Shown here piece by piece: positions 14,553 to 29,208 of a stretch of 64,000 nt of DNA. Numbering within the stretch: position 1 is the stretch's first letter; each line of letters starts with the position of its first letter. The notes beneath the pieces were generated by a model. It had not been told where the DNA came from. It ran no database searches and was given only the letters and a program-made list of their open reading frames with translations. This DNA is from Eledone cirrhosa (Eukaryota): NCBI GenBank assembly GCA_964016885.1, contig OZ024741.1, positions 213,032,001-213,096,000 of the forward strand, read 5' to 3'. The translations under genes and the position numbers were made by a program.

Positions 14553-14597
14553 AGTCATAGTCCTTTCGTCACACACTCTGTGACCTCTTCAGTGACT
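14553..14597 (-). ncRNA. Minimal type I hammerhead ribozyme motif
   Basis: Reverse-complement copy of the 14715-14759 motif. Confidence 0.7.
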
Positions 14598-14714
14598 GCG
14601 GATTCCTTTCTTCGTTTCTGTGCCTTTCCTTTCTTCTCCACAACCAGATAGTTGTTTATATATATAGTCTTCTAGAAGAAAGGAAAGGCACAGAAACGAA
14701 GAAAGGAATCCCCA

Positions 14715-14759
14715 AGTCACTGAAGAGGTCACAGAGTGTGTGACGAAAGGACTATGACT
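14715..14759 (+). ncRNA. Minimal type I hammerhead ribozyme motif
   Basis: AGTCA-CTGAAGA-G-GTCAC(AGAGTGT)GTGAC-GAAA-GGAC-TA-TGACT: stems I and II are intact, stem III is minimal. Confidence 0.72.
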
Positions 14760-14942
14760 ATATATATAAACAACTATCTGGTTGTGGAACCAACCAACCA
14801 ACCAGAAATTTATAAGTTTGTAAATTTGTAAATTTGTAAATTTATAAATATATAATAAATTGAAGTGAAAGCAAGTGGTGCGTGTGTTTCTTATTGGCAA
14901 CATGACCCTCCCAAAGTATAACAATATTAATTTATACATAAT

Positions 14943-14977
<35 letters not shown>

Positions 14978-14978
14978 A

Positions 14979-15022
<44 letters not shown>

Positions 15023-15025
15023 GAT

Positions 15026-15060
<35 letters not shown>

Positions 15061-15062
15061 AT

Positions 15063-15245
15063 TATGTATAAATTAATATTGTTATACTTTGGGAGGGTCA
15101 TGTTGCCAATAAGAAACACACGCACCAGTTGCTTTCACTTCAATTTATTATATATTTATAAATTTACAAATTTACAAATTTACAAACTTATAAATTTCTG
15201 GTTGGTTGGTTGGTTCCACAACCAGATAGTTGTTTATATATATAT
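15063..15245 (-). mobile_element. Third family B arm, tail-to-tail with the second
   Basis: Reverse complement of ~14760-14938, with mirrored microsatellite flank about a (TA)n centre near 15000. Confidence 0.85.
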
Positions 15246-15315
15246 ATACACAAATACACACACACACGCATACATATATATATATATATACATACATACA
15301 TCCATATATACATAC

Positions 15316-15455
<140 letters not shown>

Positions 15456-15744
15456 ACATAGATATAGTATATATATAAGCCCTCCAACTCAAAATCAGAA
15501 GAGAAAAGAACACATACACACATATAAGAGACATGATGCACACACGCAACAGACGCAAGTCAATCACATATACAGACAGCAGACACAAGCCACACACATA
15601 CATACTTACAATTAACACAAACAATACAAAAGCACACACTAATGAAATACACACAAACACATTCTATCTCTCACGCACATACACTCATCTATACACATAC
15701 ACATATATACATAAGAAAACGTAAAACAGTAGAAATCACGTGTC

Positions 15745-17420
15745 ACACTCACACTCACACATACATTCTCACATTCACACACACACATAGACCATCACAT
15801 TCACACACACATACACTCTCACATTCACACACACATACACCCTCACATTCACACACACATACACTCTCACATTCACACACATGTACACTCTCACACACAC
15901 ACTCTCACATACGCACACACATACACTCTCACATTCACACACACACATACACTCTCACATACACACACACATACACTCTCACACACATACACTCTCACAC
16001 ACATACACTCCCACATTCACACATAGACTCTCACATTCACACACACATACACTCTCATATTCACACATACATACACTCTCACATTCACACACACACATAC
16101 ACTCTCACATTCACACACATACACTCTCACATTCACACACTCAAACCTCTCACGTTCACACACACATACACTCACAAACACATACACTCTCACATACACA
16201 CACACATACACTCTCACATTCACACACACATACACTCTCACATTCACACACACATACACTCTCACATTCACACACACATACACTCGCACATTCACACACA
16301 CATACACTCTCACATTCACACACACATACACTCGCACATTCACACACACATACACTCTCACATTCACACACACATACACTCACACACACATACACTCTCA
16401 CATACACACATATACTCCCACATTCACACATACACTTTCACATTCACACACACATACTCACACATTCACACACACATACACTCTCACATTCACACACACA
16501 TACACTCTCACATTCACACACACACATACACTCTCACATTCACTCATGCATACACTCTCAATTTTCACACAAACATACACTCTCACATACACACATACAT
16601 ACTCTCTCAGATTGACACACACATACACTCTCACATTCACACACACACATACACTCTCACATTCACATGAATGTTTGATATTTGTGTGTGTATGTGTAAT
16701 GTATGTTATGTGTGTGAGTGTATGTGTAATGTATGTTGTCTGTGTGTGTATGTGTAATGTATGTTTTGTGCGTGTATGGCTAATGTATGTGATGTGTGAG
16801 TGTAGGTGTAATGTATGTTATGTGTGTGGGTATGTGTAAGGTATGTTGTGTGTGCGTGTGTGTAATGTATGTTATGTGTGTATGTGTAATGTATGATATG
16901 TGTGTATGTGTAATGTATGTTATATGTGTTTGTATGTGCAATGTATGTTATGTGTGTATGTGTAATGTATGTTATGTGTGTGTAAGTGTAATTTATGTTA
17001 TGTTTGAGTGTATGCCTAATGTATGTTGTGTGTGTGTATGTGTAATGTATGGTGTGTGTGTGTGTGTGTGTAATGTATGTTATGTGTGTGTATGTGTAAT
17101 GTATGTTATGTGTGTGTGTATGTGTAATCTATGTTATGTGTGAGTGTATGTGTAATGTATGTTGTGTGTGTGTGTTTGTATGTGTAATGTATGTTATGTG
17201 TGTATGTATTGTGTAATGTATGTTATGTGTGTGCGTGTGTAATGTATGTTGTGTGTGTGTGTATGTGAAATGTATGTTATGTGTGTGTCTATGTGTAATG
17301 TATCTTATGTGTGTGTGCATGTGTAATGTATGTTATGTGTGTGTATGTGTTATGTATGTTGTGTGTGTGTGTATGTGTAATGTATGTTGTGCGTGTGTAT
17401 GTATAATGTACGTTATGTGT
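15745..17420. repeat. CA-rich minisatellite (15745-16668) abutting a TG-rich minisatellite (16680-17420)
   Basis: Units CTCTCACATTCACACACACATACA and TGTGTAATGTATGTTATGTG. Confidence 0.93.
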
Positions 17421-17466
17421 GTTTCCTACTTTTGTCTCCTGTTGTATCATTATTATTGTCGGCAAT

Positions 17467-17560
17467 GAGTTACGTCCCATTATGGTCTGAGTTAAAATCC
17501 CGCCAAGGTTAACTTTGCCTTTCATACTTACGGGGTCGATAAAATAAAGTACCAGTAATA
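17467..17560 (+). mobile_element. SINE S1 fragment
   Basis: Central S1 consensus. Confidence 0.85.
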
Positions 17561-17668
17561 CAATGAAGAATTGCTTTTTTTGACAAAAAATATGATGACA
17601 AAAAATTATTTTTGTCATCATATTTTATTTCCTTACATACTGTATTGTATGATATCATATTTTGTGTG

Positions 17669-17914
<246 letters not shown>

Positions 17915-17937
17915 CACACACATATATATATATATAT

Positions 17938-18262
17938 GGAGGCACATGGCTTAGTGGTTAGAGCATTGGCCTTGCAATCGAAAGGTTGTGAGTTCAATTC
18001 TCAGACCGGGTGATGTGTTGTTTCCTTGAGCAAGACACTTTATTTCACATTGCTCCAGTTTACTCAGCTGTAGAAATGAGATGATAGGGACTGGGGTCCA
18101 TATCATTCCACTGCAAAGTGGTCGTGGAGGTGCCACGGCAAAAAAGCACCCAGCACTCACTGTAAATGAGGTTGGTGTTAGGAAGGGCATCCAGCTGTAG
18201 AAACCAAGCCAGAATCAGTTCCCGTCCCACCCTTGCAAGCAGGGAAAAGCGGACGTAAAATG
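17938..18262 (+). mobile_element. tRNA-derived SINE (family S2), composite
   Basis: Pol III A box TGGCTTAGTGG, B box GAGTTCAATTC, CCTTGAGCAAGACACTT central motif and a GGAAGGGCATCCAG tail. A second copy lies at 29051-29208 (-). Confidence 0.88.
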
Positions 18263-18473
18263 AAAATATATATATATATGTGTGTTAGTGTGTGTGTCTG
18301 TGTGTACGGGTGTGTGTATGTATGTATGTATGCATGTATGTATGTATGTATGTATGTATGTATGTATGTATGTATGTATGTATGTATGTATGTATATAAG
18401 CATACATGCATATATAGATACATAAACACATACACATGAATAAAAATACATATATATGTATATATATATATAT

Positions 18474-18546
<73 letters not shown>

Positions 18547-18560
18547 TATATACATATATT

Positions 18561-18592
<32 letters not shown>

Positions 18593-18837
18593 CACACACA
18601 ATCTTTCAATTTATCCACCGCATTCTTTCATTTTATCCATTTTTTCTTCTCTGACAACCTTTTTACCTCTCCCCCCTCTCTCTAGTCTAATAATTTAGAT
18701 ATTACAGTCTTCACTCTTTCTCTCTCTCTCTCCCTCTTTCCCTCTTTACCTCAACCTCTTTCTTTCTAATCTCAACACGCAAGCACATTCACTATCACCC
18801 ATTCTCTCACCCTTCACTATTGTTGGTTCCCCTTCGT

Positions 18838-18880
<43 letters not shown>

Positions 18881-18941
18881 ATACATATATATATACATAT
18901 ATATATACATATATATATATATTTTTATATATATATATATA

Positions 18942-19150
18942 TAACGGAGGAAATGTGGTAAGGAACCAGGTGGAACATAACGCACCAAAGTACTCAATAC
19001 TTAGGGTAGTATAGTGGGTAATAGGAATGAGTAGGACCCCTACGGCTGAGCTCAAGCCGTTTCGACGGCTAATTCTGGACTCAGAATTCTTGTCCAGAAT
19101 TAGCCGTCGAAACGGCTTGAGCTCAGCCGTCGGGGTCCTACTCGTTCCTA
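18942..19150 (-). mobile_element. Family A foldback mini-element
   Basis: ~80-bp tail plus ~59-bp near-perfect inverted repeat (19022-19080 / 19092-19150) containing GAAACGGC-TTGAGCTCA-GCCGTC; flanked by (TA)n. Confidence 0.9.
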
Positions 19151-19172
19151 TGTATATATATATATATATATA

Positions 19173-19926
19173 TGATGATAATAATGGAGCTGCGGCGTTG
19201 CAAATGGGATACATATGAAAAAGTGAGTCCTTCATCAGTGACCCTCCAACCGTCCTCGGCATTTCGTCTGTTTCGTTCCTTGTATCTTTACCACTTCTAG
19301 CAGTCTCCCTCTCTGTTACCCTCTCCTCAACTTTCACTCACTCATTCTCTGTCACTACCTCTCCTCCTCCTCCTCCTTCAAGTTTGACCTGTGTGTAATT
19401 CTTTTCTCGCGCAGTCTTGACCGAGCTGGTATGGAATTTTTTTCTCTCTCTCTTTCGTCTGCGACTTCACAAAACTTGCGTTTACCGAATTCGTAGACCA
19501 GACCCCCTTATCTTCTTCTTCTTCTTCTTCTTCTTCTTCTTCTTCTTCTTCTTCTTCTTCTTCTTCTTCTTCTTCTTCTTCTTCCTCTTCTCTCCTTTTT
19601 CTTTCTCTCTCTCTCTCTTTTTCCCCCCCCGTCAAACTTGGGCGAAATTCTTTCCTTGCTCACATTTCAACCAGGTCTGATGGTCTTTCGTCTCTTGTTC
19701 ACGATTTCACAGAGTTTATATTCATAGAGATCTGGGACTTGTCTATTTCTACTCACTTTCCGTTGCTTAAACCTTTTTGTTGTTACTCTAGCGTCCCCCT
19801 TTATTTACGTGTCCCAACGACTTTTTTTAGCCGTTGTTCGCACCAACCTGAGGCATATGGCCCTTAAAGCGATGAAATGCCGAGGACGGTTGGAGGGTCA
19901 CTGATGAAGGACTCACTTTTTCATAT
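19173..19926. mobile_element. TA-flanked element with ~55-bp inverted arms and ~600-bp spacer
   Basis: ATATGAAAAAGTGAGTCCTTCATCAGTGACCCTCCAACCGTCCTCGGCATTTC (19213-19265) is the reverse complement of 19874-19926. Confidence 0.75.
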
Positions 19927-20181
19927 ATATATATATATATGTGTGTGTGTGAGTGTGTGAATGAGTGTGTATGTATGTGCGTATATGTGTGTATCTGAGT
20001 GTGTGATTGTGTGTGTGTGTTATTCTTCCCTTCTTCCTGTCTATCTATATAACAAAACTTATTTCCCTCTCCCTTTGTCTTTGCTTAAACATTTCTGCAG
20101 TTCTACCTACTGCTTAGTAAGTTTTTTTCTTGTCTGCATATCATATGACAACACACACACCCTCTCTCTCTATCTCTCTCT

Positions 20182-20228
<47 letters not shown>

Positions 20229-20704
20229 ACTCACTCTCTCTCTATCTCTATATATCTCTCTCTGAGACACACACATACACACCCAAACATACACAAACTG
20301 TCAGGGACATACCCATACACAAACAGTCAAACGCAAACACAGACAAATTTCTACAAATTGACGTATTTACATTTTATGAACATTTTAAAAAATTGTCCCA
20401 TTTTCTCCTTGTTGTTGTTATTCTATCATTTCTTCTTCTTCTTCTTCTTCTTCTTCTTCTTCTTCTTCTTCTTCTTCTTTTTCTTCTTCTTCTTCTTCTT
20501 CTTCTTCTTCTTCTTCTTCTTCTTCTCATGCACTCTCCTTCTCTCTCTTCATATATGTACATATATATATGTGTATATATATATACACTATACACACTAT
20601 ACGCACACGCAAACGCATGCGCAGAGAAGACAAATAAATAAATAAATAAATAAACAGACTAAATAAAGATGGCGTAGGCATACAATACAACAGGAGGAAA
20701 CATA

Positions 20705-20945
20705 ATAGCACCACTGACGATGTTGCAGATGTGCAACGAAAGAATTTTGTTCGACTATATATAAGTGTTTGTGTCTATATTATATCTGTATTTGTGTCCG
20801 TTGGTCAGTCAATGGTAACATTGAGGACCGAATAAATTAAATTAACCGATAAAAAAGACACAGAAGCTGAAAACCAACCAAACAGTGGGTGTGTTCTGTT
20901 ATTAATTCTGGCAATATTACAAAATATGACCCTCCCCAAGTATAA
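20705..20945 (+). mobile_element. PLE-type terminal repeat related to family B, degenerate hammerhead
   Basis: CTGACGA-T-GTTGCA(GATG)TGCAAC-GAAA at 20714-20741; 3' end ATGACCCTCCCCAAGTATAA runs into (TA)n. Confidence 0.6.
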
Positions 20946-20946
20946 A

Positions 20947-21018
<72 letters not shown>

Positions 21019-21022
<4 letters not shown>

Positions 21023-21214
21023 TAAACGGAATAGAAAATGCTGACAAATTTAGAAATGCGCAACCGGTAAAACTTAAAACCAAAACTATATAACCAATAC
21101 AATTACTAATTCTCATTTATTCCTAATTAAAATATTTTTCACTGTGAACAGTTTGTCAGCATTTTCTATTCGGTTTACCAATATATAATAACTTGTGTTA
21201 CACCTCTATTCTTT

Positions 21215-21220
<6 letters not shown>
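21019..21220 (+). mobile_element. Short foldback element with ~30-bp inverted arms
   Basis: TTGGTAAACGGAATAGAAAATGCTGACAAA vs TTTGTCAGCATTTTCTATTCGGTTTACCAA; GAACAGTTTGTCAGCA resembles a hammerhead 3' half; TA flanks. Confidence 0.65.
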
Positions 21221-21306
<86 letters not shown>

Positions 21307-21317
21307 CATATATATAC

Positions 21318-21526
<209 letters not shown>

Positions 21527-21541
21527 CATATATATATATAC

Positions 21542-21680
<139 letters not shown>

Positions 21681-21880
21681 CGGAATATCAAATTATGGTC
21701 TGATGAATAGACTGGTTATAACAAAGTATTGGTGATCGATTGATGCAAAAACAGGCGGGTAGCGATCTCTAGACCTACCAGTTCAGAGAAACAATTGTCA
21801 GCAATGTGAATAAAGCCATTATTATATAGCAAACCATGTCACTCTTCTTTCTTGATTTATATATAAATATATATATATAT

Positions 21881-23945
21881 AGAAACAGGTTTAGTGCTCT
21901 GTGTGGAGAGTCAGAGGAGAGAGAGATTGGATGGACTGAGGAGAGTGTGACGAGGAGGTACGGGCACTTCACCAATGCTGTGGCGAAAGCAAGTGAAACC
22001 CTGGTGCCGAGGAAGAAGAACAAAGGGAAGCACGTCAGCTCTGCAAACCCAAAAGTGTGTGCAGCCAGAGAACACCTGAAAGCTGCCAGGGACCAATTCT
22101 ATGCTGATCCTACGGAGGAGAGGATGGAGACTGTGGAGGTGATGAGGGAAGAGCTCTGTACCGCTTACACTGAGGTCAGAGAAGAGGCACTGATAGAGAA
22201 GATCAGAAGTGTGGAGAGAGCGGTTGACAGATGTAAGGAGAGCTGGATGATCATCAACGAGATCACAGGGAGGAAGAAAAGGTGTTCGAGTCAGATCCAG
22301 GGAACGGGGCCCGAGGATAGGAAGAGGAAATGGCTAGACCATTTTAGGACCCTACTAGGAGAGCCACCCTCCACAGCCCAGAGCACTGGGGAGATCAGGC
22401 GGCTGTTTGAGGAACTGGATGTTGAGACAGAGCCCTTCACCAGAGAGGAGCTTCAGAGAGCCAAGAAGAAGATCAAGGAGGGCAAGGCTCATGGAGAGGA
22501 TGGAGTGGCATCAGAGGTGATGAAGAGGTGTGATTTTGATGATATCATCCTGGGGTTCTGTAACGGGGCACTGGAGAAAGGAGTTGCCCCGAATCAGTGG
22601 AGGATTAGTAACATCGTCCCAGTGCCAAAGAAGGGAGATCTCTCTAACACCAACAACTACCGGGGGATCTCACTGACGTCACTTGTGGCAAAGACCCTCA
22701 ACAGGATGATTCTTAACAGGATCCAGCCTGAGATGGAGAAGAAGCTCAGGGACAACCAGAACGGCTTCAGAGAGGGTAGATCAACCACCAGTCACATCCT
22801 GATGCTGAGGAGGATATTAGAGGGAGCTAGAGCAAAGTGCCTTCCTGCGGTCATGGTTTTCATTGACTTTAGGAAGGCCTTTGATTCTGTGAACCGTTAC
22901 TGCCTGATGAAGATCTTACAGGCTTATGGAATCCCCAATAGGATAGTGGACCTGATATCACTGCTCTACACCAACACCAGGGCCCAAGTCATTACACCTG
23001 ATGGGATGACAGAGTTCTTTGAGATACTGGCTGGAGTGCTCCAGGGAGATACATTGGCTCCCTACCTTTTTATCATCGTAGTGGACTATTGTATGCGCCT
23101 TGCACTGGAGAAACACCAGGACTCTGGCTTTACTGTAGCACCGGCTCAGAGCAGGAGAGTTGGGGCGAAAAAGGTATCGGATGCTGAATTTGCCGACGAC
23201 ATAGTTTTGGTGACAAATACAGTGAAGGAGGCAGAGGATTTGATGCGGGAGGTTGAGACTGTGTCGATGAGTGTGGGGCTGAGAATGAATGAGACTAAAA
23301 CAAAATATCTGGTAGAGAATGTTGAGAAGCCAGAGGGGATCACTAATGTAGGCGGGAAGCCGCTGGAATTGGTTGAGGACTTCCTGTATTTGGGAGCAAA
23401 GATTGGGAATACGGAGGATGATGTGGTTGAGAGGAAGAGCAAGGCCTGGGCGGCGTGTCACAGCTTGAGATCGGTGTGGAGGTCGGACCTTCGTAGAGAC
23501 CTGAAAATCCGCCTCTTCATTGCTGTAGTGGAGTCTGTGCTGCTGTGTGGGTCTGAGACTTGGACACTGACCAAGAGACTCACTCAGATGGTGGATGGGT
23601 GCTACACGAGAATGCTGAGGATGGCTCTGAACATTAATCAGTATACACTGAGGATGAAAAACTCAGAGCTGTATGGGAGCATCCCAAAAGTTAGCTCAAA
23701 AGTGACACAGATAAGACTGAGGTTGGCTGGACATGCTCACCGACATCCAGAGTTGACATTGCACTCAGTGCTCCTTTGGGAGCCCCTACATGGACACACT
23801 AGAAGAGGAATACCAAGGTTAACATATGTTGATGCCTTAAGGACAGACACTGGTCTGTTGGAGATGCAGGATATGGCAGCGATAATGAGGGACAGAGACC
23901 GCTGGAGAGAACTCGTCCATGGATCTCGGGAATTTTACCCGCCTT

Positions 23946-23947
<2 letters not shown>
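21881..23947 (+). mobile_element. 5'-truncated RTE-clade LINE with uninterrupted reverse transcriptase frame
   Basis: ORF 21836-23947 has PVPKKGD..NYRGISL, QNGFR, FIDFRKAFDSV, GVLQGDTLAP, FADD, FLYLG and GSETWT. No endonuclease domain; the first ~15 codons are flank. (TA)n on both sides. Confidence 0.93.
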
Positions 23948-23980
<33 letters not shown>

Positions 23981-24051
23981 GTATTATAGTTATATGTATT
24001 ATAGTTATATGTATTTTGAACCCTAAACAGTGAAAGACAGTAATTTATTAC

Positions 24052-24082
<31 letters not shown>

Positions 24083-24343
24083 TATATATATATAGTTACA
24101 GTCTTGCAGACCACATTCAGTGTAGAGACGCAAACCTGATATAATTGTGACACGCACATATATATCTGTCTTCTTCGCTATATTTTCCACTTCACCACGC
24201 AACCATCAAAATCCTATCTTACCTCTTAGATAATTTCCTCCGTCCTCCCCACGAAAATCTCCTGTTGCGTTGTTATCATGACAGACGATACGTAGATGGA
24301 TGGATAGAGACAAATAATATAGGTATATATATGGAGAGAGAGA

Positions 24344-24382
<39 letters not shown>

Positions 24383-24629
24383 GGAGGGAGAGTGAGAGAG
24401 AGAGAGAGTAAGAAATAGATGAACGACAAGGAAAGCCTCCATCATCATCATCGCCATCATTATTACAACAACAAAATGGCCGCCGCTTGTCGAATAAAGA
24501 GTTTGGGATACAAAATAGATTAAGATGTTTGTTTGTTGTTGTTTTGGACAGAGAAAATGAGGTGGCATAGCAGAAGGAAGAATGTTCACCAATTACTGTC
24601 ACATTCAATTACCTTGACTTCTATCACTC

Positions 24630-24701
<72 letters not shown>

Positions 24702-25176
24702 TACACACACACATATATACACACTCACTCTCCCACACACACATCCACACTCATTCACACACACACACACACAGTCACACACACACACATATACACTCAC
24801 TCACACACACACACACACATATCCACACTCACACACACACACACACACTCACACACACACACATCCACATTCACTCACCAACACACACACACACCCACAC
24901 ACACATATATATATATATATGCATGTATGTATATATATGTGCACGCGTGTGTGTGTGTATAGATAGAGAGATAGACTGAAACATCAAATACACGTATGTG
25001 TGTATGTATGTATGTATGTATGTATGTATGTATGTATGTATGTGTGAGTGTGTGTATGGGTGTATATATATGTGTGGCTGTGTGCGTGCACTTACTCTAC
25101 CGCTTGTGTATGACGTTTGCATATCTGCATGTGAGTTAGCGTGTATGCATCCATCTTTCTCTCTCTCTCTCCCTCC

Positions 25177-25212
<36 letters not shown>

Positions 25213-25216
25213 GTGT

Positions 25217-25250
<34 letters not shown>

Positions 25251-25261
25251 GTGTGTATGTG

Positions 25262-25316
<55 letters not shown>

Positions 25317-26199
25317 GGAGAAATATAGATAGATATACGCATGCATACATACATTCATTCATACATACATACATATGCCTACGTGTGTGTGTATTATTGT
25401 GTGTGTGTGTATGTGCATAATGTTTTTTCTGCCTACGTTTGTGAGTATCGTTTGCGTGTTTCTCTATATTCTTACATTTCAATACAAGTAAAAATAACCG
25501 CTCTTCTGTTTGGCTGTTAGTGTGGTCTATCTAGCATCAATGATAATGTATTTTGCAGCCTCACTTATAAAACTTCCCCTTAAATCACATACACAACATA
25601 AATGTAAAACAACTCTTTATCACGTAGCCTGGCGCGTGTGCATTGGTCCTCCGTTGATTCTAACGATGAGTGTATTCCAGTTGTTTTTATCAACGGAATG
25701 GCTATAAGAGCCTGAGCATGCAATAAGCGTGTGTTCTGTTAAATTAATATCTCTACGGTTCAGTGTTCTGAGTGATAGACAAGGCTGGCCCTTTGCATCA
25801 CATGTACAACTTGACCAATATGAAAAATAATGTGTATTCCTTAAGGATACAGCACGTTACCGATAATCAAACTCACATTTTATCGCGAGACAGACAGCTC
25901 AACCCCTAATATACAAACATTCACTATATGTGTATGAATTACAATTAGATCTGGAATACCAACACCAATTCCTATAGTACGAAAGCAACAATTTATTTTA
26001 CAAATTCTGTCAACCAAACTTGTCACACAAGACATTTATCACGTCACAACTGTAGGACAAGACACTTATCCCCAATATGCCGACACAATTGAGACTGATC
26101 CCCAAACCACGTAGTTCCTAATCAAACCCCATAATCAAACCCCTGTGCCATAATAGCTTACTTTTATTTTCTAAGATTGTCCTAGAGTGTTTTATTCGT

Positions 26200-27298
26200 A
26201 GAAATGTTGGAGCGTAGAACAAAAAGCTTTGCGATTTTTATTCCAGATCTATATATTCTGAGTTCAAATCCCATCGAGGTCAACCCTAACTTTCATCATT
26301 TCGGATTCGATAAAATATAGTACAACTCAACAAAAGGGTTCGACAAAATACTTGGTGTTATCAGGTGGTTTGATATGAAAAATGTATAGTTTGGGAGGGA
26401 GATGATTAAATATATCTACGTATTCTAAATGGCGATGTATTGGTAGAATCAGTAGAGCGTCGGAAAAAACATCTTGTAAATTCTGCCTTCAAATGTCACC
26501 GAGGTCAACTTTGCTTCTTTGCCTTTTCTCATTCCAGGGTCAGTAAAATAGAGTACCAGTCAGGTACCTGGACCAATTTAAACCATTTTCCCTTTCTCCA
26601 TAAATTGCAACTCTACTGAATAACTCAGAAAATAAATTTTAAGATTGTACTGAATTTTTCTTCAGCAATTTGTAAGAAAAATAGATGTATTTAGTACATA
26701 TCTTGATATGTCTGCTATTACATTTTACAATGTCTATATGTCTTGTAGTGATTCACATAAGAAATTTGGTGGAAGCTGGCCAAAAATATTTGGTGAACCA
26801 AAAAACGCAGGAATCCCTATAGATTTGTAATAATAATTTTGGGAAAACAAAAACGCAAAACAAAAAAGCGCAAAGAAAGACCTAAAAGACAACATATGCA
26901 AATATAATATCTGATAACAATTTGTACATAACTCATATTGAAATGTATGTATGTATGTATAAGTGTGCGTATGTATGTGTGTGTGTATGTATATTTGCGT
27001 GTATGTATGTATACAGAGAGAGAGAGAGAGAGAGGAGGGAGATAGAGAAAGATAGGTATACGTACATAGATGTATAAATATATATGAGAGATAAATGAAT
27101 AGATACTTATCATTACATCAATATGAGACTTGGCTTAAGCGAAGTTCAAACCAATATTTTGGCATCCTATAATTGTGAATATTTAATATTTCTACTGTTG
27201 AAGAAAGATATATTACAATAGGTCTATCTATCTAGCTATCTATCTATCTAACTATCTATCTATCTATCTATCTAACTATCTCTCTCTCTATCAATCTA

Positions 27299-27381
<83 letters not shown>

Positions 27382-27930
27382 CTGTGCCCCCTATATTGAA
27401 TATGTATATATATATATGTATTGTTTGCGCTTAGCAGCTAACTTTTGGTGTGAATATATATATATATATATATCCATATATATATACAGTAGAGTGTTAT
27501 TTGAGACTGCAAAAATGTATATATATATTTTACACACTTTTCGAATACAGACCAATAATCATGCTAAATTTCTCTTTAAATTGAAAATATTGAAAAATTA
27601 TAAATATCTTTATAATTTTTTTAGATTTGTTGGCATCTCATCTGAAGATGTGTACATCATCTAAAGAACCATAAGGAAATTCCTAACACAGCGGCTTATT
27701 TACGCTGACAGTTATAGTTAGATCCTGAAATCATTAGTGCTCATCTTATTCATGTTATATCTATCAAGTTGTAAGTTTGAGAATTAGCACAGTCTTTAGA
27801 ACATCGGATATGATGCTTGCGGTATTCGTTTCGAATCTCTGAACTCTCTGAGTTCAAATCCCAACGACGGCAACTTTGCCTTTCATCTATTCGAGATCGA
27901 TAAAAAGTACCAGTCTAATACTGTGGTCGA
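26200..27930 (+). mobile_element. Cluster of old SINE S1-like copies (~26200-26330, 26430-26620, 27780-27930)
   Basis: Degenerate GAGTTCAAATCCC..GGTCAACTTTGCC..GATAAA..GTACCAG motifs. Confidence 0.7.
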
Positions 27931-28477
27931 TTCTTCCGCAATATTTCTTTCTTACTGGTTCGCTCTCACTCTCTATCCTTCTCTGGAAGAAATCGTGTGT
28001 ATTCAGACCTGGAGAGAAAATGGACGACGCCAGGTTTTAAAATGCCTGAGGAACGCCGTCTGTCAATAGGGCGCCCCTAAGACTCCACCAGGAGTTACGG
28101 GTCCACGTATGCATGCTATTAAGTTGTGTAGTAAGCAACCTATGTGCAAGATAAATTTTCTATATATATAAATTACTAGGCCACCCGTGACCCATTGAGT
28201 CACGTTCGCTTCAAAATATTTTATAAAAATCTTGTTCACTTAAAAATAATGTTTAAATAATTAAAATATACACACACATGTATATAATGTGAAATGAAAC
28301 TGGAAAGGCTTATATAACGTGCGTGTATGTATATATATAAATGTGTGTTTGTATACATATATATATATGTATATGTGGGTGTCTGATCTATATAGACTAG
28401 TCATAGACACACACACATATACGCACACATATATATACACAAACATACTCATATATATATGATGTTGGTGATGTTGT

Positions 28478-28516
<39 letters not shown>

Positions 28517-29050
28517 AACAACATCACCAGCTCGCCCTCATCCATTCTCCTTATCTGTTTCTTCGGCCTCTCTCTATGTCCCTCTTTCAATCTACTCTCT
28601 CACAACCTCTATCTCTTTCTATCTTACTCTCCGTCCTTCTTCTGTCTCTGTTTATGAAGGTAGCCAGAAAACCCCATATCTCGGGAACCGTGCTTCGATT
28701 TACGCGAAACTTGTGTTATTCCCTTTTTATTCCCATTTCAGCGTCAACTTCCTTTCAAAGTATTTTCCCATTATGCGCCCTGTAGGCTGCATTACATTAC
28801 AGACAAGCAAGCAATCAATCACACACATAGTTTTAGTAGTATATAGATAGACAGATAGAGGAAACGAAGACTGCATATATGTGTATATAGATAAACACAA
28901 TGTTCTACCAGGATTTGTGACCAGCAAATATCAGGATTAGAAGGTCTGTTGTTATTGTTTTGTTGTTGTTACAGCTCACACCTATGCAGGTTTAGTTGGT
29001 CTCCTCCAGGGTATAACTCGTTGGAGTTGTCTTGGGTCAGTTAATGATAA

Positions 29051-29208
29051 GGACCCCAGTCCTATCATCTCATTTCTACAGCTGAGTAAACTGGAGCAAC
29101 AATAAATAAAGTGTCTTGCTCAAGGAAACAACACATCACCCGGTCCGAGAATTGAACTCACAACCTTTCGATTGCAAGCCTAATGCTCTAACCATTAAGC
29201 CATGCGCC
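29051..29208 (-). mobile_element. SINE S2
   Basis: Reverse complement of 17940-18100. Confidence 0.88.

Larger units (their letters stand above)
14386..14936. mobile_element. Family B head-to-head inverted pair, each arm with a hammerhead
   Basis: 14386-14636 is the near-perfect reverse complement of 14674-14927. Confidence 0.9.

Noticed and set aside
17938-18010. tRNA gene
   Set aside because: A and B boxes are present but there is no full cloverleaf, and it continues into a repeated SINE body.
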